A stretch of 32,166 nucleotides of DNA. Origin: a bacterium. GTDB taxonomy: Bacteria; Bacillota_I; Bacilli_A; RF39; UBA660. The stretch is taken from assembly GCA_029007415.1 (NCBI GenBank), contig JAQXHT010000051.1:1-32166 (forward strand), given 5' to 3'. Both the position numbers and the translations under genes were made by a program. This document shows, in pieces, positions 1 through 10,177 of the stretch (position 1 is its first letter; each line of letters starts with the position of its first letter). Under the pieces are notes generated by a model. The model made no database searches, was not told the origin of the DNA, and was given only the letters and a program-made list of their open reading frames with translations.

Positions 1-36
1 CCATTATTTGATATGGAGAAATTGGAGTATTAAAAT

Positions 37-60
37 AAGAGGCTTGTAATAGCCTCTTTT
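37..60. terminator. Probable bidirectional intrinsic terminator
   Basis: aagaggct-tgtaat-agcctctt stem with T-tract on + and A-rich flank; lies between a + strand reading frame ending at 33 (..PLFDMEKLEY*) and a minus-strand gene remnant ending at 79. Confidence 0.7.
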
Positions 61-78
61 ATCGTTTTATCAGATATA

Positions 79-245
79 TTATTTTTCCTTAATTATATTT
101 TTACTGCAAATATAAGTTACTAAGAAGTATCCTCCATAAATCGCAACAATAAATATTGCAATACCAATTATTGATGATACTAAATTAGCGGCTCCAAAGG
201 CACTTAACAAAAAATTACAAAATTTAATTCCAAATACAGAATGGA
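79..245 (-). pseudogene. C-terminal remnant of an ABC-transporter permease (FtsX/BceB-like)
   Basis: Manual translation HSVFGIKFCNFLLSAFGAANLVSSIIGIAIFIVAIYGGYFLVTYICSKNIIKEK*; no start codon; resembles last TM helix of peptide-resistance permeases (from memory). Confidence 0.5.
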
Positions 246-251
246 TTTATG

Positions 252-623
252 TCAAGTTTTTAGATAAGCAAGTAATTCTGAATCTTTTTTAATTATATCA
301 ACTATACTTTTTTCAGAACTTTCTTGATTTATATAATCCCCAAACACATAATCTATACAATGCGCAAAACAAGGCGTTCCGGTATCATGGAGTAAAGCAG
401 CAATAGTTTCTTTTTTCTGATGAGTAAAGTGCCAAGTCATGTGAGTAACAACTAATGAATGGTCAAATCTCGGATATAAAAATTTTGGAGAATATAGTTT
501 AGTATAATCACAACCACAAAACTGAGTTATATTTTTAAGTCGATTTAGAGTTTTTGTATTTAAATACTTATCTATAAATGTTGGATATTCTTTATCAATG
601 AAAATGTTTAAGTATTCATCCAT
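252..623 (-). pseudogene. HD-domain phosphohydrolase, 3'-truncated
   Basis: RFDHS...AALLHDTGTPCFAH motifs of HD/dNTPase-like family; ends at 123 aa, before the rest of the domain. Confidence 0.65.
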
Positions 624-641
624 TTTATATTCAACTCTTTA

Positions 642-797
642 TTAAATAACTAAATCTCTTTGATAATCTGTTATTTCACTACCAAGTTTTAATAATAATT
701 CTTTAACAGTTAATTGCTTCTTTTGAAGAGCCTTCAACTCACTATCAGTAACTCTAATAAATTCTATAAAATTTACTTTTCCATTTGGAGTATCAAT
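642..797 (-). pseudogene. Frameshifted gene remnant, possibly Suppressor-of-fused (SUFU)-like C-terminus
   Basis: Joining frames across ~3 shifts gives IDTPNGKVKFIEFIRVTDSELKALQK-KQLTVKELLLKLGSEITDYQRDLVI*; family assignment from memory only. Confidence 0.35.
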
Positions 798-1008
798 GCT
801 GTCAATTTAGATTTTCTATTATAATCGATTCCTTTATAAGATCTAAGCTTATAATTTATTTCTTTATAAGTAATTTCTTTTATTGGCAACTTAAATAAAG
901 TTGTTAATTCTTCTTTTATTTCTTCAAACACTTTAAACCTCCCGTTTTGATTGATATAATATCATGTTTTATAGGAAATTGCAAAATATAATCTTACAGT
1001 AACAAGTA

Positions 1009-1440
1009 TTAATTAGTATGTATCATATAATATCTTGTTTGTGTTTCTTCTACTACTTCGAATCCTAATTTTTTATATAAAGAAATAGCTTTTACATTTT
1101 CTTTATAAACCCACAAATACACTATATTATGTTCTTTTAAGATAGCATTTATTATGTTAGTGCCAATCCCTTTGTCTCTATAAGACTCCTCAATAAAGAT
1201 TTCATCAATTAAAATATCATTATCTTTTTTTGTTACGAGATAGCAACCTATTATCTTATCATTAGACATAATTATTTTATAATTCTTTACTTCTAATAAA
1301 ATTTGTCTATCAATATAGCTATTTATTTTGTCTTTTTCAAAACTTGTTAAATTAGTGGCATAGCTAAAAATAGTGTTAGCTTTTACTTCTTTTAAATAAT
1401 TAATATCAGAATCAGCTGCAGTTCTTATATCATATTTCAT
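1009..1440 (-). CDS. GNAT family N-acetyltransferase
   Basis: YRDKGIGT acetyl-CoA motif A; N..AISLYKKLGF motif B; aggag RBS. Confidence 0.9.
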   Translation of the reverse strand: MKYDIRTAADSDINYLKEVKANTIFSYATNLTSFEKDKINSYIDRQILLEVKNYKIIMSNDKIIGCYLVTKKDNDILIDEIFIEESYRDKGIGTNIINAILKEHNIVYLWVYKENVKAISLYKKLGFEVVEETQTRYYMIHTN

Positions 1441-1513
1441 CTAATAACTCCTTCTTATTTTATATTAAAAACTTATTTCCATTAATATTTTGGAAATAAG
1501 TTTTATTATAATA

Positions 1514-2938
1514 TTAATACTGAATTCCCCAAACGACTAGGTGTTTAGCTTCTTTACCACACACTACGCACTTATCATCTATCTTTTCAGCATCTTCTAA
1601 TATACAACGTGATTTAGTTCCCTTAATTTCTTTCATCTTAAGTTCACATTCTTCATCTCCACACCACATTGCTTTTATAAAACCTGGTTGAGTTTCCATT
1701 ATATTCTTTACATCAGCTAGGTTATGGGCTTCAAATGTTAGTTTTTCTCTACGTTCTAGTGCTCTTTCATACATATCATTTTGAATAGTATCTAAAAGGT
1801 TTGCCACTGTTGAAGCAACATCACTATCGGCTTCTGTAGTAATTTTTTCTCTAGTATCGCGTCTAGCTAGAACAATTTTATTTTCTTTTAGGTCTCTTTC
1901 ACCGACTTCAATACGAACAGGAATTCCTTTAACTTCTGCTTCGGCAAATTTAAATCCTGGACTTCTATCAGAGTCATCAACCACATAAGAAATACCTTTA
2001 GCAGTTAGAGTTTCTTCTAAGTCTGCAATTTTCTTATTAACTAGGTCGCTATCTCCTATTTTAATAATCGTAGCCTTTACTGGTGCTATCTTTGGCGGTA
2101 ATACCAAACCAAAATCATCACTATGCACCATTATTAAAGCTCCAATCATTCTAGTAGTAGTACCCCAAGATGTTTGATAACAATAACTATCTTGGTTATT
2201 TCTATCTTTAAATTTTATATCATAAGCTCTAGCAAACTTATCACCAAAGTAATGACTTGTTCCAGATTGAAGCGCTACTCCATTGTACATTAAGGCTTCT
2301 ACTGTTAGAGTGTATTCAGCTCCAGCAAACTTTTCTTTTTCAGTTTTCTTTCCGGTAATAACAGGAATAGCCAAATATTCTTTAAATAGTTTTTCATAAA
2401 TACCAAGCATTCTCTTTGTTTCTTCTTCTGCTTCACGACTAGTCTCATGAACAGTATGTCCTTCCTGCCATAGAAATTCACGACTTCTTAAGAAAGGACG
2501 AGTTTCTTTCTCCCAGCGGAACACACTACACCACTGATTATATTTAAGAGGAAGGTCACGATAACTTTTAACAACGTCGTGATAGTAATCACTAAATAAT
2601 GTTTCACTGGTTGGTCTAACACATAGTGGTTCTTCTAGTTCTTTCTCGCCACCCTTAGTAACCCAAGCTACTTCAGGAGCAAAACCTTCTACTAATTCTC
2701 CTTCTTTTTCTAGTAAAGTTTTAGGAATTAATAAAGGCATATAAACATTTTTATGACCAGTCTCTTTAAACATTTTATCTAGTGTTTTTTGAATTTCTTC
2801 CCATAAAGCATAACCATTTGGTTCAAAGATGATACAACCTTTAACACTGGAATAAGTAGCAAGATGAGCAGCTTTTACAACATCAGTATACCACTTAGCA
2901 AAATCAACATTTCGTTCTGTTATTTTCTCATTCTTCAT
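1514..2938 (-). CDS. proS: Proline--tRNA ligase (archaeal/eukaryote-like type)
   Basis: RPTSET, RWEKETRPFLRSREFLWQEGHT, QTSWG, C-terminal Cys-rich domain ending in Y. Confidence 0.97.
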   Translation of the reverse strand: MKNEKITERNVDFAKWYTDVVKAAHLATYSSVKGCIIFEPNGYALWEEIQKTLDKMFKETGHKNVYMPLLIPKTLLEKEGELVEGFAPEVAWVTKGGEKELEEPLCVRPTSETLFSDYYHDVVKSYRDLPLKYNQWCSVFRWEKETRPFLRSREFLWQEGHTVHETSREAEEETKRMLGIYEKLFKEYLAIPVITGKKTEKEKFAGAEYTLTVEALMYNGVALQSGTSHYFGDKFARAYDIKFKDRNNQDSYCYQTSWGTTTRMIGALIMVHSDDFGLVLPPKIAPVKATIIKIGDSDLVNKKIADLEETLTAKGISYVVDDSDRSPGFKFAEAEVKGIPVRIEVGERDLKENKIVLARRDTREKITTEADSDVASTVANLLDTIQNDMYERALERREKLTFEAHNLADVKNIMETQPGFIKAMWCGDEECELKMKEIKGTKSRCILEDAEKIDDKCVVCGKEAKHLVVWGIQY

Positions 2939-2947
2939 ATTTTCCTC

Positions 2948-4102
2948 CTAATGAACATAAAATATTCCCATATAGATTAAAAAGGCTAAGTAAAGAAGAC
3001 AAGTAATCGCTCCATTTACTCTTTCAAAAGTGCTACTTTTATATTGAACACCAACAGCAGTTGTCATAAAGACACCACCGATTAAACCACCAATATGTGC
3101 AGCATTATCAATTCCTGGTACAAGAAAACCTAAGATAAGGTTTAAAGCTATTAAAGGAATTATCTGACTTTTAATGACTGTTCCTAAGTAAACACGGTAG
3201 TGATAACCAAAGTAAACCATTGAACCAAGAAGTCCAAAGATAGCTCCACTTGCTCCAACACTAACACTAGTGCTAGAAACAATAATGGATAGTAGTGAAG
3301 CAGTTACGGCACTAAATAAGTAAACAAGTAAATATTTCCATCTACCAAGAAAACTTTCTAATTGAACACCAATAATCCATAAAGCATACATATTGAAAGC
3401 TAAATGAGCAATATTAGCATGAACAAAGGTACCTGTTAATAAACGGTAATATTCCCCTTGTTTAATATAAGGACCAAATACTGCTAACTCTCTAAAGACA
3501 TCATCACTTTTCCCAAGTAATAAAGGAACAAAGAAAAGAGCAACATTTAAAAATACTAAGATAGCAGTAATAATTGCTTTCTTTGGCATAAATATTTTAT
3601 CCGTTTTCGTATGGTCTTGATAGTTATGTTCATTTATTTCATCAGTTATCTTAATAAATAAATCCGCACCTGTTTCTTTATTTTTGCTAATATTTTTATA
3701 TAAATCTGGATAAGCTTCTAATAATAATTTATTATTCTTAACATCTTTTTCATCAGTTATATGAACAGCTCTTCCTCTTTTTGGTAACTCTTTAGTAAGG
3801 TCTACACTACTTCCTAGATTTAAAAAGATACTTAAGACATTTAGTCTAAAAGAAAATGTTTTAGCTTTAATTTTCTTTATTATACGATTAGTTTTAAAAA
3901 CATCAAACTTATATTGTTCTTCATTATGGATATGACCGATTACTATTCTTATTATTTCACAATCTTCATCTAAATTTTCTAACCAAATCTCATCATCTAC
4001 ACCATTTAATACTATTGGTGTATAATTCTTTTCAGTTATAAAATAATGAAGAAGTTTCATAGCAATCATATTAGTGTCATCTATTTCAAGCACATTATTC
4101 AT
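2948..4102 (-). CDS. Rhomboid family intramembrane serine protease (GluP/YqgP-like)
   Basis: HLAFNM, GASGAIFG, AHIGG motifs; N-terminal soluble domain. Confidence 0.93.
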   Translation of the reverse strand: MNNVLEIDDTNMIAMKLLHYFITEKNYTPIVLNGVDDEIWLENLDEDCEIIRIVIGHIHNEEQYKFDVFKTNRIIKKIKAKTFSFRLNVLSIFLNLGSSVDLTKELPKRGRAVHITDEKDVKNNKLLLEAYPDLYKNISKNKETGADLFIKITDEINEHNYQDHTKTDKIFMPKKAIITAILVFLNVALFFVPLLLGKSDDVFRELAVFGPYIKQGEYYRLLTGTFVHANIAHLAFNMYALWIIGVQLESFLGRWKYLLVYLFSAVTASLLSIIVSSTSVSVGASGAIFGLLGSMVYFGYHYRVYLGTVIKSQIIPLIALNLILGFLVPGIDNAAHIGGLIGGVFMTTAVGVQYKSSTFERVNGAITCLLYLAFLIYMGIFYVH

Positions 4103-4147
4103 TAATTCATCACCCTTCTTCTTTCAAGTATTATACACGAATTTACG

Positions 4148-5023
4148 TTAATTCTCAAGAGAAGCAAGTTCATCTTGAAATTCTTTTGGTGGTTCTTTCG
4201 TAAACTCTAAATGTTCTTTAGTTAATGGTTCTACTAGTTCTATCTTGTAGCTATGAAGCATTTGACCAAAACTAGTTGTTTTTTTACTATGACCATAGAC
4301 TGGATCGTTTACAACCGGATGATTGATATAAGCTAAATGAACTCTAATCTGATGCGTTCTTCCCGTATCAAGCTGACACTCTATCAAAGTTTTATTTTGA
4401 TATCTTTTAAGAACTTTAAAGTGAGTAACTGCTTCTTTTCCTCCTGCTATTACTTTCATCTTAAGTCTATCTTTAGGATCTCTTCCAATCGGTGCATCAA
4501 TAGTTCCTCTAGCTGGTTTAATAACTCCTTCAACCAAAGCAAGATAAGTTCTTTTTACTTCTTTTTTCTTTAACATTAGACTTAAAGCTTCTTTCGTTTC
4601 TTCATTTTTTGCTACTAACATTAAACCACTAGTATCTTTATCTAAACGATGAACAATACCAGGTCTTAATAAATCATCTGTTAAAGGATAATCTACTAGT
4701 AAGGCATTTACTAACGTATCATTCATATGACCAGGAGCAGGATGAACAACTAAACCGCTTTGTTTATTGATAATTAACAAATTTTCATCTTCAAAAACAA
4801 TATCAAGTGGTATTTCCTTCTTTTCTAAATTACTAGTTACTTCTTCTTTTAAGACTTCGATAATGTCACCTTTAGCAACTTGGTAATTACAACTAATCTC
4901 TTTATTATTAACTAAGACTTTACCATCTTTTATCTTACGTTGTATTTTACTTCTAGATTCTTCTAACATATTACTTAAAACAACATCTATTCTTCCAGTT
5001 TCATCATTTATTTCTAACTTCAT
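4148..5023 (-). CDS. rluD: RluA/RluD family pseudouridine synthase
   Basis: S4 domain, VHRLDKDTSG, TGRTHQIRVH; start moved to ATG 5023 (MKLEIND) after an RBS-like gggtga. Confidence 0.92.
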   Translation of the reverse strand: MKLEINDETGRIDVVLSNMLEESRSKIQRKIKDGKVLVNNKEISCNYQVAKGDIIEVLKEEVTSNLEKKEIPLDIVFEDENLLIINKQSGLVVHPAPGHMNDTLVNALLVDYPLTDDLLRPGIVHRLDKDTSGLMLVAKNEETKEALSLMLKKKEVKRTYLALVEGVIKPARGTIDAPIGRDPKDRLKMKVIAGGKEAVTHFKVLKRYQNKTLIECQLDTGRTHQIRVHLAYINHPVVNDPVYGHSKKTTSFGQMLHSYKIELVEPLTKEHLEFTKEPPKEFQDELASLEN

Positions 5024-5471
5024 TTTTTTCACCCTTCCATAGTTCATAGATAAGTAGTAAAACTCCAATCACAATTAGCATATCAGCAAAATTAAAAATT
5101 GGAAAGTGATAATTAAATATTATAACACTAATATAATCAATTACATAATTAAGTACTAAACGGTCATAGAAATTACCAAGTATTCCTCCTAGAATCATTA
5201 TATAAGAGATATTTAGTAATGTTTTATTTTTCTTACTTATTAGTTCTTTATAAATTACTAAAAATGCTAGTAAGGAAAGAATAGCAAGAAGAGTGGTTTT
5301 TCCTTCCATAAGAGAAAAAGCCGCTCCAATATTTTTTACATAGACTAAAGATACGAAGTTTGGTATTAGAGTAACAGTGCCTTTTAGGTAATTAACTACT
5401 AATACTTTAAATAATCTATCTATTAAAAATAAAATAATTATTACTACCGTATATTTTAGCTTATCTTTCAT
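5004..5471 (-). CDS. lspA: Lipoprotein signal peptidase II
   Basis: NIGAAFS, GGILGNFYDR, VIDY, FNFAD; lspA-rluD synteny; start taken at ATG 5471 after aggtg. Confidence 0.94.
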   Translation of the reverse strand: MKDKLKYTVVIIILFLIDRLFKVLVVNYLKGTVTLIPNFVSLVYVKNIGAAFSLMEGKTTLLAILSLLAFLVIYKELISKKNKTLLNISYIMILGGILGNFYDRLVLNYVIDYISVIIFNYHFPIFNFADMLIVIGVLLLIYELWKGEKNEVRNK

Positions 5472-8367
5472 CAGTAACACCTATTTCTTCTATCTGACTA
5501 ACAATCATTTGAATTTGGTCGTATCGCTTTTCTACTCTTCCCACTATTTTATAAAGATGACCTTTCTTTAATTCTATATTATTCCAAATTTTCGGAAAGA
5601 AGGTATAATCGACACTTCCTGTTTCGTCACTACAACTAGCAAAAGCCATTTTATCACCTTTTTTAGTAGTTATTTCTTTAATACTTTCTACTAATACAAC
5701 TGTTGTTACTAATTTATCAAAGTATTTATTTAGTTGTTCTAAAGAAATACAGTTAGTAACTGTTCCTTTATAACTAGTCGCAGGATGATTACTTATATAA
5801 AGACCAAATAAGTCTTTTTCTTGTTCTAGCAATAAATAGTTATCATATTCATCTACTACTTCAATATCTGGTATTAAGACTAAACTAGGGTCTAAATCTT
5901 TAACTAGTTCGCCATAATTATATAAAGAGTCTAGGTTCATTATTAAAGTTCGTTTGTTATATTTAAAGTTTCTAAAACAATCAGCTAGTATTAGAGTTTC
6001 GAGTTGCTTTTTGGTTATTCCTTCTCCTACTAGTTCTCTAATCGCTTCAAAGATATCAGTAAATTTTTCTTTTCTTGCTTTAATAACTGTTCTTGAAACA
6101 CTAACTCCAATTCCTTTAATGGTAGAAAAGGGAAATACTATTTTACCAGCAATAACTTTAAAGACATCTTCACTCTCATTAATATCTGGTTTTACCACCT
6201 CGATTTTAACACTTCTAACTTCTCTTATATATTCGTTTAGTTTACTTTCTACACCGATAACATTTGTTAATAAGTTGGTATAAAAATAAAGTGAGTAATG
6301 AACTTTTAAATAAGCCATTTTATAAGCAACCATTGAGTAGGCTACCGCATGACTTCTATTAAAACCATAACCAGCAAATTTTAGAATTTGAGCAAATAAT
6401 TCTTTCGAAATAGTTTCATTCTTTCCTAGTTCTTTAGCTTTACGTAAAAATCTTTCTTCTTCTTTTTCTAAGACATCTTTTTTCTTTTTGCTTATCGCCC
6501 TTCTTAATATATCTGCTTCTCCTAAAGAGTAACCAGCATAAGAACTAACTGTTTGCATTACTTGTTCCTGATAAATCATAATACCATACGTTTTCTTTAG
6601 AATGGGCTCTAGACAGTTATCTAAGTAGGTTACTGTCTCCTTGCCTTCTTTTCTTTTAATATAAGTGTCTATATTAGCAGCAGGTCCTGGTCTAAATAAT
6701 GCTATAGCAGCAACAATATCTTCAAAATTAGCGGGTTTTAAATCTCTTAAGAATTTACGCATTCCACTAGATTCAAACTGAAAGATACCTGTTGTGAAGG
6801 CTTTACTAAATAATTGATAACAAGCTGAATCATTAAGAGTAATATCATAGAATGGAATCTTTATTCCTTGAAACTTTTCAATATCTTTTAAGATATTCAT
6901 AATTAAAGTAAGATTTTTAATTCCTAGAAAATCCATCTTTAAAAGTCCTAGTTCTTCTAGATAATTCATTGAATAACTAGTTAAGTACATACCGTCACTC
7001 ATAGTAAGAGGTAATACTTCATCGAGTTCTTTCTGACACATTACTATTCCAGCAGCATGCGTTCCAATCTGTCTTGGAAAGCCTTCTAATCTACTTGCTA
7101 TTAAATAGACACTTCTAAGTCCTTCATCACTATCTATTTCACTTTTGAATAACTTATCATTTTGATAATAATAGTTAAGTGTTTCTTTACTCATCGGCGG
7201 AATAAAAGAGTTTAAATGATCTATTTTATAGTTCGGTATTTTTAAAACTCTTGCTACATCTCTTAAGACTTGTTTAGCAGAAAGGGTTGAGAAAGTAACT
7301 ATTCCAGCAACTTTCTTTTCGCCATACTTTTCTTTGACATAATTAATAACATCTTCACGATACATATCAGGTAAATCCGTATCAATATCAGGCATACTAA
7401 CTCGTTCTGGATTTAAGAATCGTTCAAATAGTAAATCATATTTTAAAGGATCTATTTCAGTTATTCCTAAAGAGTAAGCTACTAAGCTACCAGCAGCACT
7501 TCCCCTACCTGGTCCTACTAAGATATTATTTTTCTTAGCATATAATATGAAGTCATATACTACTAAAAAGTAGTTAGAAAAGCCCATTTTTTTAATAATA
7601 GATAATTCATAGATTAATCTATCGAAATAATTTTTTAAGACATTACCTTTTAGTCGTTTAGTTAAACCTTTAATAGCTAATTCTTTTAAATAAGTGTCAG
7701 CATCTAAGTTATTAGGGCAGTTATAAATAGGTAGTAACAATTCTGCCTTAGGAAAAGTAATATTACATTTATTAATTATTTCTAAGCAAGTTTTATCACT
7801 AACAAATTCTTTATCAGTTAAGTCATAGTGCATTTCATCATAGATACTTTTACCATCACGTATTAAATATAAATATTTTAAATAGTCAGCTTCTTGTTTT
7901 TCCTTATATAAGCATTCTCTTAAGAATACAACTTTTTCTGTTAATTCTAAGGCTTTAGTTCTTTCTTCTTCCGTTTTATATCCTAGGTATATTGAAGGCG
8001 TAGTTATTTCTTTTAATAATTCTCTACTCTCATAGGGAAGACAGATAATAAGTTCTTCTTGATAATTATTTAAATCAGCAAGTTCTACTCTACTAGTATT
8101 AGCAAGAGTTGATAATTTAATCAAATGCAAATAACCAGTATAACTCTTAGCATAACAAAGAACTATTCTATCTGCTATCTTTAATTCTAGACCAATAACA
8201 GGTTTTATTCCCTTTAAATTACATTTCTTAATAAACTCCATTGTTCCATACATAGTATTATCAGTAATAACAGCATAGTCATTGCCTCTAGCAGCATTTA
8301 ATTCAATAATATCATCTACTGATAAAAGGCTAGATAACAAGGAATAATAACTTTTAACATATAACAT
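5461..8367 (-). CDS. dnaE: DNA polymerase III alpha subunit
   Basis: GPGRGSAAGSLVAY, FERFLNPER, PDIDTD, HAAG, GLLKMDFLG, C-terminal OB fold. Confidence 0.97.
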   Translation of the reverse strand: MLYVKSYYSLLSSLLSVDDIIELNAARGNDYAVITDNTMYGTMEFIKKCNLKGIKPVIGLELKIADRIVLCYAKSYTGYLHLIKLSTLANTSRVELADLNNYQEELIICLPYESRELLKEITTPSIYLGYKTEEERTKALELTEKVVFLRECLYKEKQEADYLKYLYLIRDGKSIYDEMHYDLTDKEFVSDKTCLEIINKCNITFPKAELLLPIYNCPNNLDADTYLKELAIKGLTKRLKGNVLKNYFDRLIYELSIIKKMGFSNYFLVVYDFILYAKKNNILVGPGRGSAAGSLVAYSLGITEIDPLKYDLLFERFLNPERVSMPDIDTDLPDMYREDVINYVKEKYGEKKVAGIVTFSTLSAKQVLRDVARVLKIPNYKIDHLNSFIPPMSKETLNYYYQNDKLFKSEIDSDEGLRSVYLIASRLEGFPRQIGTHAAGIVMCQKELDEVLPLTMSDGMYLTSYSMNYLEELGLLKMDFLGIKNLTLIMNILKDIEKFQGIKIPFYDITLNDSACYQLFSKAFTTGIFQFESSGMRKFLRDLKPANFEDIVAAIALFRPGPAANIDTYIKRKEGKETVTYLDNCLEPILKKTYGIMIYQEQVMQTVSSYAGYSLGEADILRRAISKKKKDVLEKEEERFLRKAKELGKNETISKELFAQILKFAGYGFNRSHAVAYSMVAYKMAYLKVHYSLYFYTNLLTNVIGVESKLNEYIREVRSVKIEVVKPDINESEDVFKVIAGKIVFPFSTIKGIGVSVSRTVIKARKEKFTDIFEAIRELVGEGITKKQLETLILADCFRNFKYNKRTLIMNLDSLYNYGELVKDLDPSLVLIPDIEVVDEYDNYLLLEQEKDLFGLYISNHPATSYKGTVTNCISLEQLNKYFDKLVTTVVLVESIKEITTKKGDKMAFASCSDETGSVDYTFFPKIWNNIELKKGHLYKIVGRVEKRYDQIQMIVSQIEEIGVTDER

Positions 8368-8515
8368 AAAAAACTACTCCTTTCTGAATATCACTATATC
8401 ATATTTTTGTTCGAAAAACTACTAATTTTTCACATTTTTCCCAATAATAATTTGACTTTATCACCTATCTATGGTAAAGTTAATAAGCAGAACGAGAAAT
8501 AAAGGAGGAGAAATT

Positions 8516-8710
8516 ATGGCAATTAAAGTTACTAATAAGAAACCTTTAACAGGAAATAAAAGATCACACGCTTTAAACGCTACTAAAAAGCAACAAAAGC
8601 CTAACTTACAAGTAGTAACATTAGATGATGGTACTAAAGTTAGAATGAGTACTCGTGAAATTAGAAATATGCGTAAACAACAAGCAGTTGTTACTGAAGA
8701 AGCAGCTTAA
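8516..8710 (+). CDS. rpmB: 50S ribosomal protein L28
   Basis: GNKRSHALNATKKQQKPNLQ; start at ATG 8516 after aaggagg. Confidence 0.93.
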   Translation: MAIKVTNKKPLTGNKRSHALNATKKQQKPNLQVVTLDDGTKVRMSTREIRNMRKQQAVVTEEAA

Positions 8711-8744
8711 AAAAGAGATAAATTTTCAAATTTTATCTCTTTTT
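8709..8744. terminator. Bidirectional terminator between rpmB and trmL
   Basis: aaaagagataaa...tttatctctttt inverted repeat between convergent genes. Confidence 0.75.
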
Positions 8745-9249
8745 ATTTTTCTAAATAATCAGCACCTTTATGCGGTTCTTCAAATAATAAGTTGTTAAAG
8801 TTTTGCTGTCTCAAAGCTTCGTAAATAACAACTGCTACACTATTACTAACATTTAAAGCTCTAACATTATCACTCATTGGTATTCTAAGACAATGGTCTA
8901 GATCATCTTTTAATATTTCTTTGGGAATGCCAGTGGATTCTTTTCCAAAGATGAAATAATGATCAGTATTAGTATCACTATAATCAAAACTAGTATGTGG
9001 TTTTCTTCCGTATCTAGTTAGGTAATAGTAAATACCTTTATTTTTACTTTTAAACTCTTCAAAGTCGTTATATTCTTCATAATTCAACTTATCAATATAG
9101 TTAACACCACTTCTTTTTAAGTGATTGTCATCTAAGACAAAACCATAAGGTTTAATTAAATGAAGTTTCGTATTAGTAGCAACACATGTACGCATTATAT
9201 TACCTGTATTTTGGGGTATTTCTGGTTCAAATAAAACAATATGATTCAT
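8743..9249 (-). CDS. trmL: tRNA (cytidine(34)-2'-O)-methyltransferase
   Basis: PEIPQNTGNI, FGKESTG, RIPM...RALNVSNSVAV SPOUT motifs. Confidence 0.95.
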   Translation of the reverse strand: MNHIVLFEPEIPQNTGNIMRTCVATNTKLHLIKPYGFVLDDNHLKRSGVNYIDKLNYEEYNDFEEFKSKNKGIYYYLTRYGRKPHTSFDYSDTNTDHYFIFGKESTGIPKEILKDDLDHCLRIPMSDNVRALNVSNSVAVVIYEALRQQNFNNLLFEEPHKGADYLEK

Positions 9250-9250
9250 A

Positions 9251-9754
9251 TTAAATACCTACCCTATATTTTTTTATGAATTTGATAGTTTCTTCTACGG
9301 TTAACTTAGTAGCTTCTCCTTCACCTAGATAAGATACTATTTTCCCATTTTCAAAAGCTAAAAATAAGGGTGTATTATTAATATTAGAACTCATTCCATA
9401 GTTAGCAAAAATACTATTTATATAATTTTCTTTATTAGCAACGCCTTGCAAATCAATATAAGTTATAGAGTCTTGAAGACCATTTTTTAATAATTCTTTT
9501 TTCAAGTTAGTATCAAAACTACGACAAGCAGGATCAGTTGCAACACACATATAAACAACACCATCAGGATTTTCTAAAACGAAATGGTCAAGTTCTTCAG
9601 TATTAATTTCTGATACAATATTTCTCAATACAGGAATAGTTGTTTTATAGTTTTGATAAGTACTATACCAACTAGCAGCATATAAAACCACTACAATCAC
9701 TACTAAATAAATAATTGCTAAAGTTACATAATTTTTCTTCTTTTTCTTAAACAT
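9251..9754 (-). CDS. Membrane-anchored protein with thioredoxin-like fold
   Basis: Basic N-terminus plus one TM helix; C-x5-C and TPLFLAFENGK; start at ATG 9754 after gaggtggag. Confidence 0.6.
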   Translation of the reverse strand: MFKKKKKNYVTLAIIYLVVIVVVLYAASWYSTYQNYKTTIPVLRNIVSEINTEELDHFVLENPDGVVYMCVATDPACRSFDTNLKKELLKNGLQDSITYIDLQGVANKENYINSIFANYGMSSNINNTPLFLAFENGKIVSYLGEGEATKLTVEETIKFIKKYRVGI

Positions 9755-9963
9755 TTGCTCCACCTCTTTATATTTCAATTCTACCATAATTTTTGAACTT
9801 TGAAAATGATTAGTAAAAGAAAATATCTACTTTAATAAACAACTTATATGAGAAGATACATCTTCATCTTTTGTTTTAAATTTAATTTTTATATATTACA
9901 CTAACAAAACTAGACGAATTAAATCTATCTGTTAGAAACCTTTACATAAATTATAAAAGGAAG

Positions 9964-10149
9964 GTGAAGTTTATGAATTATAGAATTAATAATAACGAAC
10001 GTGGATTAGTTCCTTTTGTTCTAGGTGGTGCTTTAGGTTATGGAATTGGTGCTTATGGTAGACCTAATTATCAATTTTATTCAATGTATTATCCACCTGT
10101 TTATTATCAGCCATATCCTATTTATAATTATCCATACTATAGACGATAA
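9964..10149 (+). CDS. Small Gly/Tyr/Pro-rich protein (spore-coat-like composition)
   Basis: aaggaagg RBS, GLVPFVLGGALGYGIG followed by YP-rich tail, downstream terminator. Confidence 0.6.
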   Translation: MKFMNYRINNNERGLVPFVLGGALGYGIGAYGRPNYQFYSMYYPPVYYQPYPIYNYPYYRR

Positions 10150-10175
10150 AAAGCTGTCAATTGACAACTTTTTTC
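10149..10175. terminator. Probable terminator between convergent genes
   Basis: aaaagctgtc-aatt-gacaactttt stem plus T-tract. Confidence 0.6.
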
Positions 10176-10177
10176 TT

